Source: Terriglobia bacterium (lineage in GTDB: Bacteria; Acidobacteriota; Polarisedimenticolia; Polarisedimenticolales; CAVOVZ01). From it: a stretch of DNA of 64,000 nt. Where the stretch lies: contig CAVOVZ010000009.1 of assembly GCA_963699985.1 (NCBI GenBank), forward strand, positions 41,100-105,099, written 5' to 3'. The notes beneath the pieces are model-generated. The model did no database searches. It saw nothing but the letters and a program-made list of their open reading frames with translations, and had not been told where the DNA came from. The position numbers and the translations under genes were made by a program. Below, piece after piece: positions 21,036-29,119 of the stretch (the first letter of the stretch is position 1; each line of letters starts with the position of its first letter).

Positions 21036-21592
21036 GCGATCGATCCGTTTCCGCTCCCGCGCGACTCGTCAACTACATCCTGTACCAGGCCGGCTGGCTC
21101 GCCGTCGTCGCCGGGGCGGGGCGCGGCCGGCCGTGGGCCGGGGCGGCCGCGGCTCTCGCGCTCGTCGCGGTTCACGTCGCACTTGCCAGGCGTCGTCGCG
21201 ACGAGATCCTCCTCGCCGTCGCGTGCGGCACGGTCGGCGCGATCGTCGATTCCATCCAGACCGCCCTCGGCGTGCTGGAATTTCACGCGGGGCAGCCGGT
21301 TGCGCGGCTGTGCCCGCCGTGGATCCTCGTCCTGTGGGTCGGGCTCGCGACGACGCTGCGGTTTTCCCTCGGGTGGCTGTCCGGGCGGTACGTCCTGGCC
21401 GCGTTGCTCGGCCTGGTCGGCGGCCCCCTGGCCTTCCGGGCGGGGGAGGCGATGGGCGCGGTGACGTTTCCGGATCGCACACGTGCATTGCTGATCCTGG
21501 CCGTCGTGTGGTGCGCCGCGTTCCCGCTGCTCGTCCGGGTCTCCGACACGCTGCGTGGGAAAGAGGATGCAGGCGGCTACCGTGGGATGTGA
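21032..21592 (+). CDS. Small polytopic membrane protein, DUF2878-like
   Basis: Coding-looking tail of track ORF 20222..21592 (NYILYQAGWLAVVAG...). TTG start overlaps the desaturase stop (TTGA). Four hydrophobic helices. Family name from memory. Confidence 0.5.
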   Translation: MSDRSVSAPARLVNYILYQAGWLAVVAGAGRGRPWAGAAAALALVAVHVALARRRRDEILLAVACGTVGAIVDSIQTALGVLEFHAGQPVARLCPPWILVLWVGLATTLRFSLGWLSGRYVLAALLGLVGGPLAFRAGEAMGAVTFPDRTRALLILAVVWCAAFPLLVRVSDTLRGKEDAGGYRGM

Positions 21593-21763
21593 GCGGGCGG
21601 AGCGATCCTCTCACGTCTCGATCCGGCGCGACCCCTGCGTCTCGACTCGAAGCAGCGTGAAGCTGCTACTCTCTTCTCCCGGCGACTGGCCCCGACGCGA
21701 CGAAAGAGAATTCCGTGCGCGGGCGGCGACGACGAGCCCCTCCGCCCTGCGAGGACTTCGGCG

Positions 21764-22969
21764 GTGAAGATGCGAAGAACGAGCAACACGAGGGGCGACG
21801 CCGAGCCCGTGGTTTCCCAGGCCCGGGCGTGGCGCATCGCGTTCCTGGTGCTGTGCACCGTGGGAGGCTGCCTCAGCGGGGACCTCATCCGCCTGCACGT
21901 CAACGTGCACACGGACCCGAACTACCGGGCCTTCTGCGCGATCAGCGAGAAGGTCAACTGCGAGACCGTGGCGGCCAGCCCCCACGCCGTGTTCCTCGGC
22001 CTTCCCGTCGCCGTCTGGGGCCTCCTCGGTTACGTCGCGATGGGGGCGCTGACCGTCTGGGGGCTTCGGTCGCGGCTGCGCGCGCCCACCTGGCCGTTCG
22101 GGATGCTGTTCTGGCTGAACGTCTTTGCGGTGGTCGTGAGCGCGTTCCTCTTCTACGTCTCCCATTTCGTCATCGACTCGATCTGCATCGTGTGCGCGGG
22201 GACGTACCTGGTCAACGTGTCGCTTCTCGCGGTGGCCGGCTTCGAGCTGCGACGGGCCGGTACCGGTCCGTGGCGGGCGCTGGCCGCCGAAGCGCGATCG
22301 GTGGCCGCCGCTCCCCGAGCATTCGCGGCGCTGGCCGGTACCCTGGCGGTCGCGGTGGCGCTGCTCTGGGCTACCGTGCCGCCGTACTGGCGCGTCGAGC
22401 TTCCGACGCTTTCCGGAGGGATGCCCGTCGGGTTCACGCCCGACGGGCATCCCTGGATCGGAGCGCGCAAGCCGGTCATCGAGATCGTGGAGTTCAGCGA
22501 TTACCAGTGCCCCCACTGCCGCAGGGGACACGACGAGATGCGCGAGCTGGTGCGCGCTCATCCGGACGAGGTCCGAGTGATCCACCGTCACTTCCCGCTG
22601 GACCACCACTGCAATCCCATCGTGGAGAAACCGTTTCATCCGTGGGCGTGCGACTACTCCCGTCTCGCGTTCTGCGCGGGAGAGCAGGGGCGGTTCTGGG
22701 ACGCCAACGACCTACTGTTCGTCGAGGGCCGCCGCGGGCAGGAGGTCGCTCCCGAAGAGATGGCTCGCGTGCTGAAGCTGAACGCCGCGGCTCTCGCGGA
22801 GTGCGCGCGGAGCGAGCGGGCCTCGCGGTTCGTCGAGGCGGATCTGAACGCGGGGCGGGCGCTGGGAATCCGGGGAACCCCCACGTTCGTCCTCGCCGGG
22901 CGCACGTTCCCCGGGCGGATCCCTCCCGAGGTCGTTTCCGCGGCCCTGAGCGGCAAGAAGATTCCGTAA
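21764..22969 (+). CDS. Vitamin K epoxide reductase (VKOR)-thioredoxin/DsbA-like fusion oxidoreductase
   Basis: 401-aa ORF. N-terminal VKOR-like helices with the Cys pairs CAISEKVNC and CIVC. C-terminal thioredoxin fold with the CPHC active site (EFSDYQCPHCRRGH). Confidence 0.8.
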   Translation: MKMRRTSNTRGDAEPVVSQARAWRIAFLVLCTVGGCLSGDLIRLHVNVHTDPNYRAFCAISEKVNCETVAASPHAVFLGLPVAVWGLLGYVAMGALTVWGLRSRLRAPTWPFGMLFWLNVFAVVVSAFLFYVSHFVIDSICIVCAGTYLVNVSLLAVAGFELRRAGTGPWRALAAEARSVAAAPRAFAALAGTLAVAVALLWATVPPYWRVELPTLSGGMPVGFTPDGHPWIGARKPVIEIVEFSDYQCPHCRRGHDEMRELVRAHPDEVRVIHRHFPLDHHCNPIVEKPFHPWACDYSRLAFCAGEQGRFWDANDLLFVEGRRGQEVAPEEMARVLKLNAAALAECARSERASRFVEADLNAGRALGIRGTPTFVLAGRTFPGRIPPEVVSAALSGKKIP

Positions 22970-23185
22970 CCGCGTCTCGCGCGAGCCTCCGCGGCGCTTC
23001 ACGGTCCGTCGGTCCTCTCTCATCAACTCTCATCAGCGGTTGTCGACACGGCCCCCGGGAGACCGGCGGAAGCGGTGATCACGCGGGCGAGACCGCGCGG
23101 CACGACCTTCCGCGCGCGCGGCACGATTTGCCGCGTGCGTCTGCCCTCCGGCCTGCCAGCGCGCGGGATTCGCGGCCGCAGCGCA

Positions 23186-23201
23186 TGGCACGGGCGCTGC
23201 T
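23186..23201 (+). promoter_or_regulatory. Candidate sigma-54 promoter upstream of flgD
   Basis: TGGCACGGGCGCTGCT. GG at 23187-88 and GC at 23199-200 give the canonical 12-nt offset. It lies 56 nt upstream of the flgD ATG. Confidence 0.55.
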
Positions 23202-23256
23202 AAACGGGTCGTGCGGCCCGACCGCAGTCGACGCGGCCGCGGGGAAGGGAGTGACG

Positions 23257-23925
23257 ATGATCGGCGTTTCAGATGCCACCGGAGCAACAGGGAGCGGGAG
23301 CCCGACCGTGCTCCCGGGCGGGACCCAGGGACCCTCGCGCAACGAGTTCCTGCGCCTGCTCGTCCTGCAGCTGCAGAACCAGGATCCGCTCAATCCGATC
23401 TCGGATCAGAACTTCACGGCGCAGCTCGCCCAGTTCAGCAGCCTGGAGCAGCTCGGCGACGTGAACGCGAACCTGCGGGCGATCGGTGCGATCCAGGAGA
23501 CGCTCGTCAACGCGCAGGCGCTGAACCTCCTGGGGAAGACCGCGCTGGTCGCGGGCCTCGATCGGATCCAGCTGCACTCCGGGCGCGCCGACGCCATGTC
23601 GGTGGAGGTCCCCGCCGGCGCTGCGAAGGTGGATCTCGTCATCAAGGACTCCTCGGGGAGGGTCGTCCGGACGCTGACCGTGCCGGCGGCCGCAGGGCGC
23701 CACCAGGTGGCGTGGGACGGCACGGACGGGCAGGGCGGCGTCCTTGCGGACGGCGAATACACCGTGGAGGTCGACGCGCGCGACGCCGAGGGAAAGACCC
23801 TTCCCGCGGCGCTGTTCGTCGCGCTGGTGATCGACGGGGTGGGGTTCACCGAGCTCGGCGTGAGGCTGTCGTCCGGGGGGCGCGAGGTCTCTTTCGACCA
23901 GATTCTCGAAATCCGGGCAAGCTAG
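23257..23925 (+). CDS. flgD: Flagellar hook assembly (capping) protein FlgD
   Basis: Start MIGVSDATG after GAAGGGA. Motif EFLRLLVLQLQNQDPLNPISDQNFTAQLAQFSSLEQL and a C-terminal Ig-like region. Confidence 0.9.
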   Translation: MIGVSDATGATGSGSPTVLPGGTQGPSRNEFLRLLVLQLQNQDPLNPISDQNFTAQLAQFSSLEQLGDVNANLRAIGAIQETLVNAQALNLLGKTALVAGLDRIQLHSGRADAMSVEVPAGAAKVDLVIKDSSGRVVRTLTVPAAAGRHQVAWDGTDGQGGVLADGEYTVEVDARDAEGKTLPAALFVALVIDGVGFTELGVRLSSGGREVSFDQILEIRAS

Positions 23926-23935
23926 GAGGCGAAAC

Positions 23936-25234
23936 ATGGGATTCAGCTCGTTCTACGCGGGATTGTCGGGGATGCAAGCGTACGCGTCCCACCTGAACGT
24001 GATCGGCAACAACCTGGCCAACGTGAACACCATCGGGTTCAAGTCGAGCCGGATGACGTTCCAGGACCTTCTCTATCAGACCGCCCTCGGGAGCAGCCGG
24101 AACCCCAATCAGATCGGTCTCGGCGTGCAAACCGCCGCGGTCGACTCCCTGTTCTCGCAGGGAAGCCTGCAGGGAACCGGCGTGGTCACCGACCTGGCGA
24201 TTCAGGGGAGCGGCTTCTTCGTGATGTCCGACGCGCTGGGGGGGCGCGTCTTCTCGCGAGCGGGCAACTTCTCGCTGGACAAGAACGGGAACCTGGCGAA
24301 CTCGGTGGGCGCGCTGGCCCAGGGGTACACGACACGGGACGCCAACGGGAACATCGTCACCAGCGGCGCCCTGGGAAACATCAACATCCCTCCCGGACTG
24401 ACCGCCGAGCCCAGGCAGACCTCGGTATTCAGCGCCACCACGAATCTGAACGCCAGCGCTCGCGTGGACGACCCCGCCACGACGCTCAACGAGGCGGAGA
24501 TCTACTCCACCACGCTCCAGGTTTTCGACTCGCTGGGGGCTCGTCACGACCTCACCATCACGTTCACGCCGCAGGACACCGACGGCGACGCGTTGCTCGA
24601 GGAGTGGGACTACGAGGTCACCGTGGACGGCGCGGAGGTGCAGGGAGGAGCTTCAGGAACTCCGTTCCCGCTCGCGAGCGGCACGATCTCGTTCGGGCCG
24701 GATGGGAAGCTGGTGTTGCCGGCGGGGGACGTGACGATCCTCACCCCCGCATGGACGAACGGCGCGGATGCCCAGTCGATCCGCTGGCAGCTGTTCCGGT
24801 CGACCGGCGATTCCATGCTCACGGGATACGACGGAAGCTCGGCGACCTCCACGGTGAACCAGGACGGGTATTCCGCCGGCACGCTGCGGACCCTCGTGAT
24901 CAACAACGACGGTCTGGTGGACGGCGTGTTCACCAACGGGTCGACTCTCCACATCGCGCGCCTCGCCCTCGCCACGTTCAACAACCCGAACGGCCTCCTG
25001 AAGGCGGGATTCAACGGTTACCTGGAGGCCACCTCCTCCGGATCGGCCACGATCGGCGCGGCGAACACCGGTGGGCGCGGCGCGATCGCGGCCAGCTCCC
25101 TCGAGCTGTCGAACGTCGACATCACGCAGGAGCTGACGGACATGATCACGGCGGAGCGGGGCTACCAGGCCAACAGCCGGATCATCACCACGACGGACCA
25201 GGTCATCCAGGAAGCGCTGAATCTCAAGCGGTAG
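23936..25234 (+). CDS. flgE: Flagellar hook protein FlgE
   Basis: N-terminal SGMQAYASHLNVIGNNLANVNTIGFK and C-terminal LELSNVDITQELTDMITAERGYQANSRIITT rod/hook signatures. Confidence 0.9.
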   Translation: MGFSSFYAGLSGMQAYASHLNVIGNNLANVNTIGFKSSRMTFQDLLYQTALGSSRNPNQIGLGVQTAAVDSLFSQGSLQGTGVVTDLAIQGSGFFVMSDALGGRVFSRAGNFSLDKNGNLANSVGALAQGYTTRDANGNIVTSGALGNINIPPGLTAEPRQTSVFSATTNLNASARVDDPATTLNEAEIYSTTLQVFDSLGARHDLTITFTPQDTDGDALLEEWDYEVTVDGAEVQGGASGTPFPLASGTISFGPDGKLVLPAGDVTILTPAWTNGADAQSIRWQLFRSTGDSMLTGYDGSSATSTVNQDGYSAGTLRTLVINNDGLVDGVFTNGSTLHIARLALATFNNPNGLLKAGFNGYLEATSSGSATIGAANTGGRGAIAASSLELSNVDITQELTDMITAERGYQANSRIITTTDQVIQEALNLKR

Positions 25235-25360
25235 TCCAAGGACCCGGGCGCCCTGCCGTTTCCGGCGGGGTGCCCGGCCTCCTGCGTCAACGGTCCGGAA
25301 CCCTCCCGCCGTTTCTTGACTGACGGCCGCAATCCGGCGCGCTCCCGCGTCGGATCCCCG

Positions 25361-25376
25361 TGGTACATCGCTTGCA
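25361..25376 (+). promoter_or_regulatory. Candidate sigma-54 promoter upstream of the fliN-like/fliOPQR-flhBA block
   Basis: TGGTACATCGCTTGCA. GG at 25362-63 and GC at 25374-75 (12-nt offset), with a perfect TTGCA -12 element. It lies 74 nt upstream of the GTG at 25450. Confidence 0.6.
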
Positions 25377-25449
25377 AATTCGCGCCCCGTTCGGGGAAGA
25401 GGCCCGTCCGCGAGTGTGCGGCGGTCCGCTTTCCGGCGGCGGAGGCAGC

Positions 25450-25728
25450 GTGGATCCGAATCGTCGCGTTTCCGGCGTTCCCTCCACCGGCATCCGCAAG
25501 CAGCTCCTCGCGGTCCGGCTGCCGCTCGAGGCGCGCATCGCTCAGGGTCGGATGACCGTGCGCGATCTCCTCGACATGGGTCCGGAAACCCTCGTTCGCT
25601 CCGACAGCCCGCCGGGCGGCGGTGTTCTCCTCTGCTGCGGGCGCGTCGTGCTGGCCAGCGCCGAGCCCGTCGTGCAACAAGCCAAGCTCCTTCTCCGGAT
25701 CGAAGAGGTGGAGAAGCCCCGTGCGTAG
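25450..25728 (+). CDS. Small FliN-family (SpoA domain) protein
   Basis: LPLEARIAQGRMTVRDLLDMGPETLVRSD...VVLASAEPVVQQAKLLLRIEEV matches the SpoA/FliN C-terminal pattern. GTG at 25450 follows GGAGG. The track start at 25360 would overlap the sigma-54 motif. Confidence 0.6.
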   Translation: MDPNRRVSGVPSTGIRKQLLAVRLPLEARIAQGRMTVRDLLDMGPETLVRSDSPPGGGVLLCCGRVVLASAEPVVQQAKLLLRIEEVEKPRA

Positions 25729-26161
25729 ACGGCGCGCCGCCGCGGTCCTGACCGCCGGCACGTGGGCCGCCTCGGCGACGGCAGCCGCCGCGGCCGCCGG
25801 CCTCGATTCCGCCGTCGCGGCGGCGCCCCTGGACGGCGCCGGCAGCACCCTGCGCGTCGCGGCGGCCCTCGCGTTCACTCTCGCGATCGTCGTGGGTCTC
25901 GCCGCTCTCCTGCGCCGCTCGTCCTTCCCGGGCGGCGCAGGAAGCCTGCGCGTCGAGCAGCGTCTGAGCGTCGCGCGCGGTGGCCAGGTGGCCGTGGTGC
26001 ACGTGGACGGCAAGCGACTGCTGGTGGGAATCACGCAGAGCCAGGTGAACCTGATCGCGGAGCTTCGTGACCCTCCGGCCGATCCCGCGGCGTCCGAGGC
26101 CAGGACGAGCTTCGACCGGATCCTGACGTCGCTGACGCGGTGGCGAGGAGATCCGCGATGA
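25721..26161 (+). CDS. fliO: Flagellar biosynthesis protein FliO
   Basis: Position immediately 5' of fliP. One TM helix (AAALAFTLAIVVGLAALL), then SLRVEQRLSVARGGQVAVVHVDGKRLLVGITQSQVNLI. GTG start after GAGGTGGAG. Confidence 0.7.
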   Translation: MRRRRAAAVLTAGTWAASATAAAAAAGLDSAVAAAPLDGAGSTLRVAAALAFTLAIVVGLAALLRRSSFPGGAGSLRVEQRLSVARGGQVAVVHVDGKRLLVGITQSQVNLIAELRDPPADPAASEARTSFDRILTSLTRWRGDPR

Positions 26162-26952
26162 GCGCCAGGTCTCGGCGGACGCGGGCTCGCAGGGTCCTGC
26201 GCGAGGCGGCGATTCTCGCGGCGCTCCTCTCCCTCGCCGCGCTTCCGGCGCACGGAGCGACCGGCGGCGCCTCCGGCGCAGCTGCTCCCGCGCCGTTTGG
26301 CGACGCGATGTCGGGATCGGGAGAGCTGTCGCAGGCCATGAAGATCGCGCTGCTGTTCACGGCCCTGGCGCTCGCTCCGACGCTGTTGCTCATGACGACC
26401 TGTTTCGTCCGCATGGTCATCGTCTTTCACTTCGTAAGGCAGGCTCTGGGAACGCAGACGACTCCTCCGAACCAGGTCCTCCTGGGGCTCGCCCTCTTCT
26501 TGACGTTCTTCGTGATGTACCCCACCGGCGAGCGCGTCTACAACGACGCGATCGTCCCCTACCAGTCCGGCGAGCTGAACGCCCGGGACGCCTTCCGCGC
26601 TGGGGCGGAAGCGCCCCGCGACTGGATGATGCGGAACACGCGGGAGAAGGATCTGATGCTGTTCGTCTCCCTGGCCCGGATGCCTCGCCCCGCCGGACCG
26701 GCGGACCTGCCGATGCACGTGGTCATTCCGTCCTTCGTCCTGAGCGAGATGCGCGCCGCGTTCCAGATCGGCTTCCTGCTCTTCCTCCCATTCCTGGTCA
26801 TCGACCTGGTGGTCTCCGCCGTCCTGCTGTCGTCCGGAATGATGATGCTCCCTCCGGTCGTGGTCTCGTTCCCGTTCAAGATCCTGCTCTTCGTCATGGT
26901 GGACGGCTGGTATCTGCTGGTCGGATCCCTGGTGAGGAGCTTCCACGCATGA
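26158..26952 (+). CDS. fliP: Flagellar export apparatus protein FliP
   Basis: TCFVRMVIVFHFVRQALGTQTTPPNQVLLGLALFLTFFVM and FQIGFLLFLPFLVIDLVV motifs. The ATG overlaps the fliO stop (ATGA). Confidence 0.9.
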   Translation: MSARSRRTRARRVLREAAILAALLSLAALPAHGATGGASGAAAPAPFGDAMSGSGELSQAMKIALLFTALALAPTLLLMTTCFVRMVIVFHFVRQALGTQTTPPNQVLLGLALFLTFFVMYPTGERVYNDAIVPYQSGELNARDAFRAGAEAPRDWMMRNTREKDLMLFVSLARMPRPAGPADLPMHVVIPSFVLSEMRAAFQIGFLLFLPFLVIDLVVSAVLLSSGMMMLPPVVVSFPFKILLFVMVDGWYLLVGSLVRSFHA

Positions 26953-27218
26953 GCGACGCCGCCGTCGTCGCGCTGGCCCGGGATGCCTTGATGACCGCGC
27001 TCTACGTCGGTGCGCCGATGCTCCTGGCCGCGCTCACCGTCGGGGTCGTGATCAGTCTCGTGCAGGTCGCCACCTCGATCCAGGACCAGACCCTCTCCGC
27101 GGTTCCCAAGCTGGTCGCGGTCCTCGCGGCGCTGCTGCTGTCGCTCAACTGGATCACGCACACCATGGTCGCGTACACGACCCGCGTGATGCAGTCCATC
27201 GAGAGGCTCGCCGGATGA
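26949..27218 (+). CDS. fliQ: Flagellar export apparatus protein FliQ
   Basis: 89 aa with two hydrophobic hairpin helices and the QVATSIQDQTLSAVPKL motif. ATGA overlap with fliP. Confidence 0.9.
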   Translation: MSDAAVVALARDALMTALYVGAPMLLAALTVGVVISLVQVATSIQDQTLSAVPKLVAVLAALLLSLNWITHTMVAYTTRVMQSIERLAG

Positions 27219-28012
27219 ACGGCGCGGTCGCCGCGCTCGTGCAGGCTCTCGATCCGCCGGGGTTCGTTCCGGTGCTGGCGCGGGTGGGCGGAATCGTGAC
27301 GTTCTTTCCCCTCCTCGGCGCGGAGGCGTTCCCGGTCCGGTTCCGGATCCTCCTCGCCGCGGTGCTCGCGTTCTTCTTGCAGCCGTTCGTCCCCGAGGCA
27401 CGTCTCGATCTCTCCGCGGGTGCGGGAGCCCTCGCCGCGAGGATCGCTTGCGAGCTGCTCGTGGGCGCCGCGCTCGGCTTCTCCGCGCAGGTGGCCCTGG
27501 CAGGATTCGAGTTCGCGGGGCAGCTGGTCGGATTCCAGATGGGCCTCACGCTCTCCGGCGTCATCGACCCGATCAACGGCGAGCAGCTCAGCCCGTTCTC
27601 GGTCTTCTACCGTTTTCTCGCCAGCGTCCTCTACTTCAGCCTGGATGCGCACCACGCTTTTCTTCTGGCGGTGAAGGACTCCTACGGGTGGATCGGACCG
27701 GTGGTACAGGCTCCGGGAGTCGAGTTCGCGGCGCTCGCCGCCCGGGTCTCGGGCGAGGTGTTCCTGCTGGCCCTTCGCATCGCGGCGCCTGCCCTGGTGG
27801 TGTCCATCGTTCTCGATGTGGCGCTGCTACTCGCCGCGCGCGCGCTCCCGCAGGTGAACCTCCTGGTCCTGGGGTTTCCCGTGAAGATCTCCATGGGACT
27901 CCTCGCCACGGCGGCGGGTCTGGTGATCCTGCCGCGTCTGGCCGGCGACTCGCTGGTCACGGCGCTCAACCAGGCGCGGGCGTTCGCGGCAGCCCTCACG
28001 CCGGCGCGGTAG
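27215..28012 (+). CDS. fliR: Flagellar export apparatus protein FliR
   Basis: 265-aa polytopic protein in the fliQ-fliR-flhB position. ATGA overlap with fliQ. Confidence 0.85.
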   Translation: MNGAVAALVQALDPPGFVPVLARVGGIVTFFPLLGAEAFPVRFRILLAAVLAFFLQPFVPEARLDLSAGAGALAARIACELLVGAALGFSAQVALAGFEFAGQLVGFQMGLTLSGVIDPINGEQLSPFSVFYRFLASVLYFSLDAHHAFLLAVKDSYGWIGPVVQAPGVEFAALAARVSGEVFLLALRIAAPALVVSIVLDVALLLAARALPQVNLLVLGFPVKISMGLLATAAGLVILPRLAGDSLVTALNQARAFAAALTPAR

Positions 28013-28024
28013 GCGGATCGATCC

Positions 28025-29119
28025 ATGGAAGAGCCGCGCTCGAACCGGACCGAGAAGCCGACACCCAGGAAGCTGCAGAAGAGCCGCGAGCAGGGTCAGG
28101 TCCCCCGGTCGCAGGAGCTTCCCCCGACCCTGGTCATCGCCGGGGTGCTCCTCTTCGCGCGGGCATTCGGCGCGGAGTTTCTCCGCAGCGCCGAGGATCT
28201 GGTCCAGCGCTCGATCGCCGGCATCTCCGCCTTCGGCGAAGACCCGGTGGGGCTCACGGTCGTCCTCCGGTCGTCCCTCCTGACCGGAGTCGCGCTGGCG
28301 GGTCCGGTCGTCTTCTGCATCGCGCTCGCCAGCGCGGTGGGGCAGTTCGCGCAGGGAGGGTTCGTCTTCGCCGGCGAGGGGCTCGAGCCGAACTTCGCGA
28401 AGCTGAATCCGGTTCAGAACCTCCGGGGCATCTTCTCGCTCAAGCGCGTCGTCACGACGCTGCGGACGGTCGTGAAGCTGGTGGTGCTGGTCTGGGTCGT
28501 GGTCGCCACGGTGCGCCCGGAGATCCCCGCCATCATGGCCCTCGCGGGCAGCGGCCCGCGGGAGATCTTCGTCTTCACCGTGGCGCTGATCGGACGCGTC
28601 CTCTTCAAGTTCCTGATCTTCGCCCTCGTCCTCGCCCTGGCCGACTTCCTCTACCAGAAGTTCGAGCACGTGCGCGGCCTGAAGATGAGCAAGCAGGAGA
28701 TCAAGGACGAGCGGCGAGAGATCGAAGGCGATCCGTTCGTCCGGAGCCGGCAGCGCGCTCGACAGCTGGCGTTGGCGCGCCGCCGCATGATGGCCGAGGT
28801 GCCACGTGCCGACGTGGTCGTGGTCAACCCGACCCACTGCGCCGTCGCGCTCCGGTACGACAAGAGCCGCGGGGGCGCACCGCAGGTCGTCGCCAAGGGG
28901 GTCGATCGGATCGCCGAGCGGATCCGCGCCATCGCTGCGGAGCAGCGCATCGCCGTGTTCGAAGATCCGCCGCTTGCGTGGGCGCTCTACCGGGCCGTCG
29001 AGGTCGGACAGCAGATCCCGGCGGACCTGTACCGTGCGGTGGCCGAGGTCCTGGCCCACGTGTGGCGCCTGCGCCGGCCTGGTGCGCGCCGCCGGCCGGA
29101 GCGCGAGGCGACCCGATGA
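28025..29119 (+). CDS. flhB: Flagellar export switch protein FlhB
   Basis: N-terminus RTEKPTPRKLQKSREQGQVPRSQEL. Autocleavage-site region VVVVNPTHCAVALRY (NPTH). Confidence 0.9.
   Translation: MEEPRSNRTEKPTPRKLQKSREQGQVPRSQELPPTLVIAGVLLFARAFGAEFLRSAEDLVQRSIAGISAFGEDPVGLTVVLRSSLLTGVALAGPVVFCIALASAVGQFAQGGFVFAGEGLEPNFAKLNPVQNLRGIFSLKRVVTTLRTVVKLVVLVWVVVATVRPEIPAIMALAGSGPREIFVFTVALIGRVLFKFLIFALVLALADFLYQKFEHVRGLKMSKQEIKDERREIEGDPFVRSRQRARQLALARRRMMAEVPRADVVVVNPTHCAVALRYDKSRGGAPQVVAKGVDRIAERIRAIAAEQRIAVFEDPPLAWALYRAVEVGQQIPADLYRAVAEVLAHVWRLRRPGARRRPEREATR

Noticed and set aside
23099-23132. Direct repeat CGCGCGGCACGA x2 containing GGCACG...TTGCC, which looks like a sigma-54 -24/-12 element
   Set aside because: The GG-to-GC offsets are 13 and 10 nt instead of 12. 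A correctly spaced motif lies 60 nt downstream at 23186-23201.
25360-25449. The longer start (GTG at 25360) for the fliN-like ORF
   Set aside because: It would place the coding sequence over the best sigma-54 motif (25361-25376). It has no SD, whereas the GTG at 25450 follows GGAGG.
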